Positions 32,276 to 41,438 of a stretch of 64,000 bases of DNA are shown here, one piece after another (position 1 is the stretch's first letter; every line of letters begins with the position of its first letter). Made by a program: the position numbers and the translations under genes. The notes beneath the pieces are model-generated. The model did no database searches, was not told where the DNA came from, and saw only the letters and a list, made by a program, of their open reading frames with translations. This DNA comes from a virus (lineage: Duplodnaviria > Caudoviricetes), in IMG/VR virus record IMGVR_UViG_2882504083_000001, positions 10,772 to 74,771 of that record, one strand, 5' to 3'.

Positions 32276-32659
32276 AATTACGGTTCGAATCGTTACGACG
32301 TGTTTCCTCAAGGTTCCTATTCAATCGGGGACTTTTGGCATGTCGTCGACGCGCATCTTGATTACGGTGTTCCCGTTACTGACTGCGGACAGTGTGGAGG
32401 TCAAAACGAATGTTTTCAAAAAGGGCCGTGGTTTGACTGCTTACCGTGTCCGGGCGGTTATTCAAGATCCATAAATGTCGGGCTTTGTTGGACCGGTGGC
32501 ACCGTATTCGTTCCGTGTTGCACGACGACTTGTTGTATAAACAACTGCAATACGTGCCATATTCCGAATTGGTATACGAGATACCGAGTCTATAAATATG
32601 AATTTCTTCAATGGACTCTCGTCACAACCTATTCTATCCCCGGAAGATTCTGGTCTTAA
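32213..32659 (+). CDS. Cys-rich domain in the -1 frame (annotated GTG start at 32270)
   Basis: Frame open from 32201. A Pro/Gly linker is followed by a domain with 12 Cys. Confidence 0.65.
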   Translation, partial: RITPPSGPSSPVPGAGGHWVGNYGSNRYDVFPQGSYSIGDFWHVVDAHLDYGVPVTDCGQCGGQNECFQKGPWFDCLPCPGGYSRSINVGLCWTGGTVFVPCCTTTCCINNCNTCHIPNWYTRYRVYKYEFLQWTLVTTYSIPGRFWS

Positions 32660-32662
32660 TCC

Positions 32663-32839
32663 ATGAAAGAAGAGTCCTTAACTTTTTCTGAATCCAGACT
32701 TGAGGTTTGTCTCTCCTGTCCATTCGTCGTAAAACGAATTTTCTCAGAACAATGCAGCGTTTGTTACTGCTTTGTTCGCCTCAAAACAAAACTAAAATCC
32801 GAGGCTTGTCCGATAGGGCGATGGAAAAGAGAATCCTAA
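32663..32839 (+). CDS. Small 6-Cys protein (DUF6171-like), 58 aa, below the ORF-track cutoff
   Basis: MKEESLTFSESRLEVCLSCPFVVKRIFSEQCSVCYCFVRLKTKLKSEACPIGRWKRES*. Confidence 0.7.
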   Translation: MKEESLTFSESRLEVCLSCPFVVKRIFSEQCSVCYCFVRLKTKLKSEACPIGRWKRES

Positions 32840-32840
32840 T

Positions 32841-33164
32841 ATGAGTTGTTGTAGTGGAGGAAAAACTATGAATCAAGAACTGATATTCAATCAAATCGAA
32901 CAGTTTTCGAATATCGAAACGAACTTAAAACTAAAAGATAGCGTTGCGACTAAGATTGTCCGCGCCCTTCTTCAAAAAGCAAAAGAACTGCATGAAGAAT
33001 TTAAAGAAAATAGTGAGGAACATATCTTTCACAGCCTTTCCCAAAAAGCACTTACCGCATTCTATACCAATCAAGATGTAAGTTCCCTTTTAGAAATGGT
33101 AAGTGAAAAGATTTTTCTAAGCCTTAGCGAAGCAAAAAAATTAGCGGAAGAGTTTAAGAAATAA
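32841..33164 (+). CDS. Hypothetical protein
   Basis: 107-aa helical ORF starting MSCCSGG; start may be an internal ATG after SD GGAGG. Confidence 0.55.
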   Translation: MSCCSGGKTMNQELIFNQIEQFSNIETNLKLKDSVATKIVRALLQKAKELHEEFKENSEEHIFHSLSQKALTAFYTNQDVSSLLEMVSEKIFLSLSEAKKLAEEFKK

Positions 33165-33169
33165 AACCT

Positions 33170-33436
33170 ATGAAGCTAAAAAAGAAACTGAAATCCCTTC
33201 TCTTTTCACTCACGTTTCCGAGACTTTCATCAAAGGTTCTTATAAACCGTTCCGGCTGGAATCTCATATTACGAAACCACTTCTCACCTTGGCTTTCCGT
33301 AACGGCGTTCCCAGTCTTCTCCCTGACCTATGAAGGAAGGGAGAAAAACGGACACTACGTATCCTGGATTTTCGGAATCTTTGGAATCTCTTTTGTTTTT
33401 CTTTTCTATTCCAAATCTCCAAGTTCGGGGTGTTGA
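33170..33436 (+). CDS. Hypothetical protein with a hydrophobic C-terminus
   Basis: 88-aa ORF at the end of the plus-strand unit. Confidence 0.4.
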   Translation: MKLKKKLKSLLFSLTFPRLSSKVLINRSGWNLILRNHFSPWLSVTAFPVFSLTYEGREKNGHYVSWIFGIFGISFVFLFYSKSPSSGC

Positions 33437-33657
33437 AGTTCCCTTTCGTAATCCCCTAAAAGATCGCGCTTTTTTAAAAACTCTAAAAGAACATCTCTTT
33501 CAAGTTTGAGCGCGTCTCTTTCTACAAACGTAAAATCGATCGCGATAAAAAGATCATCAAATGCTTTTTGAGTGAGAGCTTGAAAGTAAAGTCCCTCGGT
33601 AAGAAGCGCACGGATTCGTAAAACATCGGGGTGATGTCGGAATGGTTTGTTTTGCAT
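33406..33657 (-). CDS. Hypothetical protein
   Basis: 83-aa ORF downstream of the InPase-ParB gene. Confidence 0.5.
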   Translation of the reverse strand: MQNKPFRHHPDVLRIRALLTEGLYFQALTQKAFDDLFIAIDFTFVERDALKLERDVLLEFLKKRDLLGDYERELQHPELGDLE

Positions 33658-33673
33658 TCCGCATTCTAAAATT

Positions 33674-36013
33674 CTATGTGGCTATCGGGTTTGAATATTC
33701 CTGTTTTAGTTCGTTCAATTTTGTAATCGCTTCTTCCATTTCGAACATGTATGATTTCGAAAAAAGCATTCCTATACTTGAATCGTCTTCGATTTCTTTC
33801 AGTTTTGATTGTATCGAATCCTTGATTATATTAAGATCCTGAATAATCGCCCCAAGTCTTCCGATTACGGAAGCAGAACCGACACCTTTGTCTGCGGCTA
33901 TGGCGATCGAAGCCGCAAGCTCCTTTGAAAATTCTTGGGAAAGTGCGTTTACATTATCCCCTAAAATTCGGTTATATGTTTTTTGGATTCCGTCAAGCAT
34001 TGTATCCAGCATTTTTCTATTCGTCGCGGCCTTCTCCATTGAACCGACGGACCGCAGAGCTTCTTTTTGAATGTTTGTCGCTACCGAATCAAAATCAAAA
34101 TTATCGAATTCCCCGCTTTGGAGTTCTTTGATATAGTTTTGAACTACTGCCGGACCTTTTCCCGGATACTTTGCTTTGTTCTCAACATACCATTTAAACG
34201 CTCTAATCTGAATCGTATGGTTTGGTTTCTCGTTTTTGTCTTTTCCAAACATTCCGATCACCTCGGCAACACCGAGAGGTAACGATTTATCCTTTTTTGA
34301 AATGAGAGCAAATAGATCCGGGCTAAGATTTTTTAAAGCTAGACGCTTTTCGATTTCTCCGACTTTTTTTCCTAACTTTTCCGCGATCGTTTTCGAATCC
34401 CATCCGTTCTCTACCATTTCGAAATATGCGTTTGATTCGTCGGTTGGATTCACTGATCGCCTGTGATTTTCGCTAACTTGAGCGACGAGTCTTTCGTTCG
34501 TGGATTGAAAAGATTTCGGAACTACGTGAATCTCAAAACTATTCGGAAGCTTTCCTTCTTCTACGAGTTCTTTGATTGCTTCGTAGCGGTGGTGTCCTGC
34601 GACGACAGTCCACTGGTTTTCTTTTAGATCCACCGCCATCGGATACTGAGGATCATATCCGTTTTGTTTTATAAGGGCTTTCAGTGAATCGATTTGATCT
34701 CGATCGTAATTCTCTTTTGCTGTGTATTGTTTTATGACTCGAAGTTTGTTAAAAGGGAGTTTTGTCGGAACTGGATTTCCTGTTTTCGGAGTTTCTTCTT
34801 TTTTTTCATTCTTTTCAGTTTCCGGTTTTCGCTCCTTTCTTTCGCGACCGCTCGGTCGAAGTCTCCAACCTTTTTCCGTTTTAATTCGAGTTTTCCCGTC
34901 ACTCCAAACCGAAGGCGAGTTCAGTGGTGCCGGCGGTCTTCCTACACCAATTTGCGCTTTCAGAATTTTTTCTAAACGCGGGATCGAATCTTTGATAAGG
35001 GTAAGCGAGGAATTTAAAATTTCATACGGGTTTTGTTCTTTTGATAATCTTTGATTCGGATCTTGAATTTTGTTATTAAAGATCGCTGTTTTGCGAACTT
35101 CGAAGAGTGGAGTATCTTCTAAAAAATCCGACTGTTCTGAATTCTGTTTTTTTAGAAGAGAAAGTTTTGATTTGAGAAATTCGATCTTTGGATTTTTTAA
35201 TTCCTTCTTTGTGGAACCGGTTTTAAGCCACTCTTTAAACTGATCTATTGTTAAGGAAATAATACTTCCAAAACCCTTCCAACCTTTTTCGTAATTGGAA
35301 AGATACGCTTGTTTTGCGGCTTTTTGATCGTGAAAACCGAACATAACTTTGTGTTCATCAAAGGAATGGTCTTTGTTTTTTTGATTGATAACGAATACGA
35401 TTTCGGATTCGGTGTCAGGACCAAGGAAAACGTCAACATGATCCCCGTCGGCACCGGAAGTTCTTTTAAGATACCCGTAATCGTTTCGAATCTTTATTTT
35501 CCACTTCTTGCCGTCTCTGTCTTCACCCGAACGATAGGTTCCTTTTTTGTTCTCGATCGCAATATCGAATCCTTGGATTCGAACATGATTCTTTTTGTAA
35601 TTCCCCGCTTTTAACTGTGCGGGTGATGGATTTGATTTCAAAACGTTCGAAACGAACCCAATACAGACAGACTTTTCTGTCTGTATTTTTAATTCCTCTT
35701 CTTCTCCTTCCTCTTCCCAAAAAAGAGCCTTCGCTTTTAAAAACTCACTCAGGAATTCGGCTCCCAGCGTTTTGAATTCCTTGGACAAAGAGACACATCC
35801 CTCTTTTGAAATCTCCTTATTAGAAGACTTAAAAACAGCGAGCAGTGCTTTTCTGGAAAGCTCGTTTAGTTGCGCTTCCATCCAAGGCTCTCCCTCTTCG
35901 TCCATTGCCCACTCTTGCCAGAGTGGGTTTTGTTTGGTCATAGAAAGATGAATCTTGTCGAGGATGGATTCTGCGAGTTCGAACGTAATATCTTCTTTTT
36001 GAAGAAGGGTCAA
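33674..36013 (-). CDS. Polyvalent protein: InPase (inorganic pyrophosphatase-like) domain + ParB-like domain
   Basis: IAIENKKG.YRSG, DYGYLKRT.GADGDHVDVFLGP and FDEHKVMFGF (about 35220-35620). VVAGHHRYEA and ENHRRSVNPTDES..HTH (about 34300-34750). Confidence 0.8.
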   Translation of the reverse strand: MTLLQKEDITFELAESILDKIHLSMTKQNPLWQEWAMDEEGEPWMEAQLNELSRKALLAVFKSSNKEISKEGCVSLSKEFKTLGAEFLSEFLKAKALFWEEEGEEEELKIQTEKSVCIGFVSNVLKSNPSPAQLKAGNYKKNHVRIQGFDIAIENKKGTYRSGEDRDGKKWKIKIRNDYGYLKRTSGADGDHVDVFLGPDTESEIVFVINQKNKDHSFDEHKVMFGFHDQKAAKQAYLSNYEKGWKGFGSIISLTIDQFKEWLKTGSTKKELKNPKIEFLKSKLSLLKKQNSEQSDFLEDTPLFEVRKTAIFNNKIQDPNQRLSKEQNPYEILNSSLTLIKDSIPRLEKILKAQIGVGRPPAPLNSPSVWSDGKTRIKTEKGWRLRPSGRERKERKPETEKNEKKEETPKTGNPVPTKLPFNKLRVIKQYTAKENYDRDQIDSLKALIKQNGYDPQYPMAVDLKENQWTVVAGHHRYEAIKELVEEGKLPNSFEIHVVPKSFQSTNERLVAQVSENHRRSVNPTDESNAYFEMVENGWDSKTIAEKLGKKVGEIEKRLALKNLSPDLFALISKKDKSLPLGVAEVIGMFGKDKNEKPNHTIQIRAFKWYVENKAKYPGKGPAVVQNYIKELQSGEFDNFDFDSVATNIQKEALRSVGSMEKAATNRKMLDTMLDGIQKTYNRILGDNVNALSQEFSKELAASIAIAADKGVGSASVIGRLGAIIQDLNIIKDSIQSKLKEIEDDSSIGMLFSKSYMFEMEEAITKLNELKQEYSNPIAT

Positions 36014-36019
36014 AGGGTT

Positions 36020-36532
36020 TTATGAACCTACGATTTCTATTGAATTTTGTTTTTCTCTGAACTTACAGTATTCTTCCCAGAAAGTTTTTAGCTGATCGCG
36101 GTTTAGGGATCTTAACATACCTTGGATCGATCCGGTTTGTAAAATCTCATCGTTTGGAAGGATGAGAATAATCGGTTCAAATTTGTAAAGTGTTTTGAAC
36201 GGAATTGCAACGTAACGGGCCATCTTACTTGCAAGACCTTCGGGATTCTTATTGGTTCGGGGGTCGTAGTGTAGAACCATAATTTGACCGGGAGCTTTCG
36301 CGCTAAAACTGAAATTTAGCTTCCATGTAGCGAACGCAAGAGCAAGCATTTGAAGATGATACGAAACAAAAATTAGAATGAGCCTGATTCTATTTTTGTA
36401 AAGAGCCGAATAATGATAAATGTATTTGTAGGTGATTGTTCTTTCGATACGCAAAAACGCTTCTCTGAATCGTTTTGGAAAAAAGAATTCCTTAACGATT
36501 CCTTTTAGAAAAAAATTTAAAGCTGAACTCAT
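36020..36532 (-). CDS. Hypothetical protein
   Basis: 170-aa ORF in the packaging/head cluster. Confidence 0.45.
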   Translation of the reverse strand: MSSALNFFLKGIVKEFFFPKRFREAFLRIERTITYKYIYHYSALYKNRIRLILIFVSYHLQMLALAFATWKLNFSFSAKAPGQIMVLHYDPRTNKNPEGLASKMARYVAIPFKTLYKFEPIILILPNDEILQTGSIQGMLRSLNRDQLKTFWEEYCKFREKQNSIEIVGS

Positions 36533-36547
36533 TGGTCTTCCTGATTG

Positions 36548-37675
36548 TTAGTTTAACGATCCTCTTCCGTTGAAGTTTGAAAGTGGTTTCATTTTGAAGA
36601 TCCTTGGTTTTTCGCGGTCTTCTCCACTTCCACCCTCTACAAATCCCGTTATTCGAAATGTTGGATGATAATCGTAGATTATGGTGTAACCGTTTTTCGG
36701 TTTATCGGACAACCACTGGATTTTTGATCCTCCGTAAACGATATAGTCCTCGCCGCGTTTGTGCGTTTTGATTCCGTTTCGTTCTTTAGAAAGGATCTGA
36801 TCGACAGATGCGATCGGGGAATAAGATACAGTGTCGTATTTTGAATTTTGGAAGGATACGAATTCGGAGTGTCTTAGAGTCGTGACAAGAAGGGTTATAA
36901 TATCTCCTTCCCCCATTTTGTAACCTCCACCCATAACAGCCATGAGTTCGCCTTCTTGAAACGTGATCTGGCTTCTCTCGAATAGTTTTCTTGAATCGGG
37001 ATCGTTTCTAAATGTCTTGTATGCAATTTTTACCGGGTTAAAGGTTTGAACCTTGACCCGGTATCGTCCGCTTACTCGTTTCGGGAAAACGATTGAGTTT
37101 AGGGAATGACCGCTGATTTCAACTTCAAAGGGAGATTCGTTTTCATCCTCCGGAACCTTAAAAACTTCTACGACTCCGACGATCGCCTCTTTGTTTAGTT
37201 CCGGGAAAAGTTCGTATTCGTTACGCCCGATGACCTCAAAGAATTTCTCTTCGATTAGGCTTACATTGTATTTTAAAAGAACCGCGTTCCAGTATTTGAG
37301 ATTTTCTAAAACCTCAAAAGAATCCTCATTTGTATGTGTTACCGTAAGGGGAGTTTGTTTGCCTTGGGATTGAAGAACCGCGCTAACGATTTCCGTAATC
37401 GGTGCAAACCTCGTATATACCTTACTTCCTTGGATTTTGTAGGCAAACTCTTCTTGGATGGTAAGGGTTTCTTGAAAGGTTCGGATAAGCCCGTCTAAAC
37501 AATACTTACAATCCGGAAGTCTTTCCTCTTGTGGGCAAGGACAAGGTGTAAGTCTGTACCAGAGTGCCGATTCACCTCTACGATCAAGAAGCTCCTCGTT
37601 TGTGAGCGGTGTTAAAACGTTTGGTTTTGTAGGAATGGAAAAGGGCGTTTGACCGCCCTGGCCGGATTTCCTCAA
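36548..37675 (-). CDS. Putative head-completion/neck protein with a CPC...CxxC zinc motif
   Basis: WYRLTPCPCP....PDCKYCLDG resembles the CPC-motif neck proteins of SPO1/Twort-like phages. Confidence 0.55.
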   Translation of the reverse strand: MRKSGQGGQTPFSIPTKPNVLTPLTNEELLDRRGESALWYRLTPCPCPQEERLPDCKYCLDGLIRTFQETLTIQEEFAYKIQGSKVYTRFAPITEIVSAVLQSQGKQTPLTVTHTNEDSFEVLENLKYWNAVLLKYNVSLIEEKFFEVIGRNEYELFPELNKEAIVGVVEVFKVPEDENESPFEVEISGHSLNSIVFPKRVSGRYRVKVQTFNPVKIAYKTFRNDPDSRKLFERSQITFQEGELMAVMGGGYKMGEGDIITLLVTTLRHSEFVSFQNSKYDTVSYSPIASVDQILSKERNGIKTHKRGEDYIVYGGSKIQWLSDKPKNGYTIIYDYHPTFRITGFVEGGSGEDREKPRIFKMKPLSNFNGRGSLN

Positions 37676-37944
37676 ATCCTACGAACCCTTGTCGCTTGCG
37701 TTTCGAAAACACCTTTTACTTTGTCAAAGCCGCGTCTTGTTTCGAATTCAACGGGTGTTCCGTTTTGGATTTCATCCTCTCTGAGACTGGAATACTTCGC
37801 ATTGAAGAAAAAACATCTTTGATTCTCTGTTTCGATGAATCCGTATCCGCCTTTATTGATGGATTGGTTCCAAGGAATGTAACGTCTGATTGTTCCGCTT
37901 AAAAGTTTTGATTTTGTTTCCAAGTGATAAATTCTGAGAGCCAT
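37672..37944 (-). CDS. Cold-shock-domain (OB-fold) protein
   Basis: GTIRRY...KGGYGFIET...CFFF...GTPVEFE...QATRV. Confidence 0.7.
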   Translation of the reverse strand: MALRIYHLETKSKLLSGTIRRYIPWNQSINKGGYGFIETENQRCFFFNAKYSSLREDEIQNGTPVEFETRRGFDKVKGVFETQATRVRRI

Positions 37945-39422
37945 TCCGATTCTTCTTCATGGCTGCACATGGGTTCCTCCCAGATCCCACTTCGGTATAC
38001 ATCACTCTTCCGAATCGGTCCAAAAATTCTTTCTAATCGAATCCGTTCCTCGTTCGCCTTCACCTCTTCTTCATATCTTGCGTCGGTCCTTAACCTTTCT
38101 TTTGCGTCACGGATGCGACCCTCTCGAAATATTTCGTCAATCTCGTTCTCTTCTCTTTCTTCTTTCTCTTCTTCGACGACTTCGTATTCGCAACTGCAAT
38201 TCGGGTGCATGGGACAACAGAACCAGTATTCACCATATTTTCTTTCCGCGTTTGATTTTCCGGGCCAGACCGCTATTGTAGTTTTCGGGTCTCCATAGAA
38301 CTGATCTTGTCCGAGATAGACAAGACCAAGACTTTTCATGTATCGTTTGTCTTTAAGGCTTTCTTTGGAAGGGAAGACTCTTGCAATTTCGTTTCGAAAC
38401 CGCTTACACTCGTTACACCGGACCGGATTTGTGTGGCTGTGCGGGTTTCCGTAATTCCCGCCGGACATTCGAACATACGTCGCGGTCTCGCTTTCGTTTG
38501 CGAGCATGAGAAGTTTTCCGTTATTGAAATTGATCGCGCACTCGGTAAACGCGAAACGAGCCATGTCTCTATTCAGATGATCGGTTACAAGTTCTTCGTA
38601 TTCTTTTTCCCGGAGGGATCTCTCTTCCTCGGAAATCCCCTCTTCAAACATTCCAAGGGCATCTTTGATCTCCGTATCATCCGGCGAGATCATCAAGGAT
38701 TCGATTTCTTCCTCGGTTGCATTCCTCGCCAATGCCTCGACGATTTGGCGGCGATACATGTTCGTTATGAGTTCAAACGCTTTCCCTTTTCTTTCTCCCC
38801 GGTTGTCATATATCGCAAGCCACTCGGCTCCTTTTGACTCAGTGTAAAGAAGCGCGTATGTTTGTTCTTTTGTGAGACCTACCTCTTCTCGTAAGACGTC
38901 AATATCTTCAAGACCGGGGAGATTGTGCGCGATCGCTTTTTCTGAGAATTCGGGTAAGGACAGACGTTTTAATTCGTCCGGGTCTTCTCCCTCTCCTATC
39001 ATGTATTCGGCGACGTATCCTAGAATTGTCGCTTTGTCTCTTTCCTTTAAATACACTTCGTTCCAGTCGCGGGCAAGAAAATCGAAGATTTCCTGATCCT
39101 TCTCGTTTAGGTCTTCGCGGTATACAACCCCTTCCGGGAATTCTATTTTAGTTTGTCTTCGAAGCGGTGAATAGTCTTTGGAAGGATCGGGAGTTACCTG
39201 AATCGTTTTCGGGAAAAACGTTGGTCTTATGAGAAGTTCGCCATAGAATTTCTTTCTTAGCGAATCCATTGCATCCGACCAAACGGATTTTCGAATCTCA
39301 AATTGCTTTTGATCCCGATTATTCCCGAGAAGAGCGGATTGAAGAGAAAGAAAATAATAAAGCCAAGCGTAAGTTAGTTCTCGTACGACTCTATATTCTG
39401 AAAATCTTGATTCTCTCTGCAT
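37899..39422 (-). CDS. Phage head morphogenesis protein (Mu gpF/SPP1 gp7-like)
   Basis: C-terminal RCNEC...CPMHPNCSCEY motif. Confidence 0.7.
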   Translation of the reverse strand: MQRESRFSEYRVVRELTYAWLYYFLSLQSALLGNNRDQKQFEIRKSVWSDAMDSLRKKFYGELLIRPTFFPKTIQVTPDPSKDYSPLRRQTKIEFPEGVVYREDLNEKDQEIFDFLARDWNEVYLKERDKATILGYVAEYMIGEGEDPDELKRLSLPEFSEKAIAHNLPGLEDIDVLREEVGLTKEQTYALLYTESKGAEWLAIYDNRGERKGKAFELITNMYRRQIVEALARNATEEEIESLMISPDDTEIKDALGMFEEGISEEERSLREKEYEELVTDHLNRDMARFAFTECAINFNNGKLLMLANESETATYVRMSGGNYGNPHSHTNPVRCNECKRFRNEIARVFPSKESLKDKRYMKSLGLVYLGQDQFYGDPKTTIAVWPGKSNAERKYGEYWFCCPMHPNCSCEYEVVEEEKEEREENEIDEIFREGRIRDAKERLRTDARYEEEVKANEERIRLERIFGPIRKSDVYRSGIWEEPMCSHEEESEWLSEFITWKQNQNF

Positions 39423-39434
39423 ATCGAGGAGGGG

Positions 39435-39941
39435 TTATTTTCTTTTTTGGTTTTGGAATTCACGAACAAGCTTTGAGGCTTTCCAAAAAAGAATATGAAG
39501 AACTGTCTCGCGCCCTTTGTGATTCTCGATCGAGGAACATACGCTATCAAAAAGTACCTGCCTTTCGTTCTCAGGAAGTTTTCCAATCGCAATCGCGAAA
39601 CTGGTATCTTTTTCAGGAGATCCTTCGAGAAGTCCCGATTCCCTAAGAACGCGAATCCCTTTAGTAAAAAGTAAATGAAGAACTGTATCGCGGGCTTGTT
39701 TGTTTACGACCGAGGATACTAGGCTGTCGAATAGATTTTGAATTTTGTCGGATTCAAGTTTCAATATTAGATTCGAAAGAAAGGTATCCGTTTCGTTGTC
39801 GTTTTTCTCTTCGTCTTTATCTAAGAATTCTATCGTTTCTTGTTCTTTTGATTGTTCTTCACTTTGCGCGGTCAGATTCGAGTTTTGCGAATCTTCTAAT
39901 GTTAAGTTTTCGGTTTCTTGAGATTGTATTTCTGCTTCCAA
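39435..39941 (-). CDS. Hypothetical protein with an internal duplication of about 37 aa
   Basis: LFDSLVSSVVNKQARDTVLHLLFTK and LFDSVCSSIENHKGRETVLHILFWK. Confidence 0.6.
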   Translation of the reverse strand: MEAEIQSQETENLTLEDSQNSNLTAQSEEQSKEQETIEFLDKDEEKNDNETDTFLSNLILKLESDKIQNLFDSLVSSVVNKQARDTVLHLLFTKGIRVLRESGLLEGSPEKDTSFAIAIGKLPENERQVLFDSVCSSIENHKGRETVLHILFWKASKLVREFQNQKRK

Positions 39942-40001
39942 GATTTCATCCTTTCCAGGTTTATGAAATCACTTTGAAATATTTGAGAGAATCGGAGAAG
40001 G

Positions 40002-41438
40002 TTAGTTTCTTGAATGCTGAAAACCGGGTTGAAGTCCAAGCCTTGCAAGTCTTTGATTTTGAATGTCGGAAAGCCTTACAGGTCGGTCCTCAATTTCTTT
40101 TTTTACGGTTTCTTTTTCCCGAGTAATAATCGAATTCTTTCTTCCGACAATCTTTAGCGCGAAGTATCTGAGACAGTCCATAGAATGATCGTGGTCCTTG
40201 CCGGGGACTTCCTTTGCATTCTTTCCGTCTTTTGCAGGAACCCAAGAGTAAATTGAAAATTCTTCGATCGTGTGAACACAGGTTCTAAAGATTCGAAGCT
40301 TGACGCCTTGTTTCGCGTCGAGGAGTTTCATTAGGGCTTGAATACCCGTGGAAATGTCTTTGTCCGCGGCGATTGTCGCAAGTCCGCACTCGGCCATTGT
40401 CGCGCGGTCTTCCGCATCGTGATCGGCGACTATAAAGAGGTTTGGTTTTCGGTTTTTCTTTATCTCTTCACAGTGTGTGCGAACTGTTTTTTCGCGTTCG
40501 TAGTGTTCATCCGCCAAATACCAGGTTTCGTTTGATTTGTCGAAGTAGAGCCAAAGAAAAACAAATGGATTCGTGTAACCAAAATCCACAGCACCAGCAC
40601 AGTCCCAGGTTTCAGGAATTGTGAAAGGTTCGACAATCGCCTCTTCAAATTTGGGATAAACAAGTCCCTCTACATCGATCCACTGACCAAGAAAGAGCCG
40701 TTCGCGTTCAGCACCGGTAAGCTCCTCAAGCATCTGGACGTACTCTTTCGAAAGAAAAGGATTGTCTAAAGGAGTCCATGAACGTCTCGACATCCTTTGA
40801 AGTCTTGATGCGGATAACGCGTTTCCTGTTTCGGGATCTTGTCTTAAAACAAAATACTTAAAGATCCAATGGAAGCGGTTTCTGGGGTTACAGTCTACGA
40901 TCAGTTTGTTTAATAGTTCTTCACGAACAAGAGAGAGACGGGTTTTGATTTTCTGGTAAGTCGCGTACGAGATTTGAGTCGCTTCATTGATAAAGATCGT
41001 ACAAAACTCAGTCCCCATGATCTTTTCCACGCGATCGGCATCGTCAAGACCCGCGCCGTATATCTCGGAACCGTTTGTGAATGTCAGAATGTGGAGTGAT
41101 TCGTTGATTGTAAAATCACGGTCCTCGACGAATCCCATTTCTTTGAGGCAAGGAATGAGAGTCTGTTTCCATACGGAGATTTTAAGATGATTGAGTCTGT
41201 AGCGTGCAATGAGGTGACGAGAGTTCGGAGAAATCCAAGCCCTTGATATGATAGCCTTTATAATCAGATAAGTTTTGCCGCTACGCGCTCCGCCGTCGTA
41301 GCAGATTTCCTGCACATAAGGCGCAGACCAATCCTCGTCTAAGGCGCGGGGTTGTTTTTCGGAGAAGACTTGATTTCGTTGGACATTTGTTGCGTTAGTT
41401 TTCTTCGGATCGATCTTTAGAAGAGATTTCTTCGACAA
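40002..41438 (-). CDS. terL: Terminase large subunit
   Basis: Walker A GGARSGKT, Walker B IFINEA, coupling motif DCNP, and nuclease motifs AVDFGYTNP and DHSMDCLRYF. Confidence 0.95.
   Translation of the reverse strand: MSKKSLLKIDPKKTNATNVQRNQVFSEKQPRALDEDWSAPYVQEICYDGGARSGKTYLIIKAIISRAWISPNSRHLIARYRLNHLKISVWKQTLIPCLKEMGFVEDRDFTINESLHILTFTNGSEIYGAGLDDADRVEKIMGTEFCTIFINEATQISYATYQKIKTRLSLVREELLNKLIVDCNPRNRFHWIFKYFVLRQDPETGNALSASRLQRMSRRSWTPLDNPFLSKEYVQMLEELTGAERERLFLGQWIDVEGLVYPKFEEAIVEPFTIPETWDCAGAVDFGYTNPFVFLWLYFDKSNETWYLADEHYEREKTVRTHCEEIKKNRKPNLFIVADHDAEDRATMAECGLATIAADKDISTGIQALMKLLDAKQGVKLRIFRTCVHTIEEFSIYSWVPAKDGKNAKEVPGKDHDHSMDCLRYFALKIVGRKNSIITREKETVKKEIEDRPVRLSDIQNQRLARLGLQPGFQHSRN

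Noticed and set aside
38078-39646. Plus-strand ORFs of 60-176 aa opposite the head genes, and similar ones throughout the prophage
   Set aside because: Antisense shadows without motifs or ribosome-binding sites.
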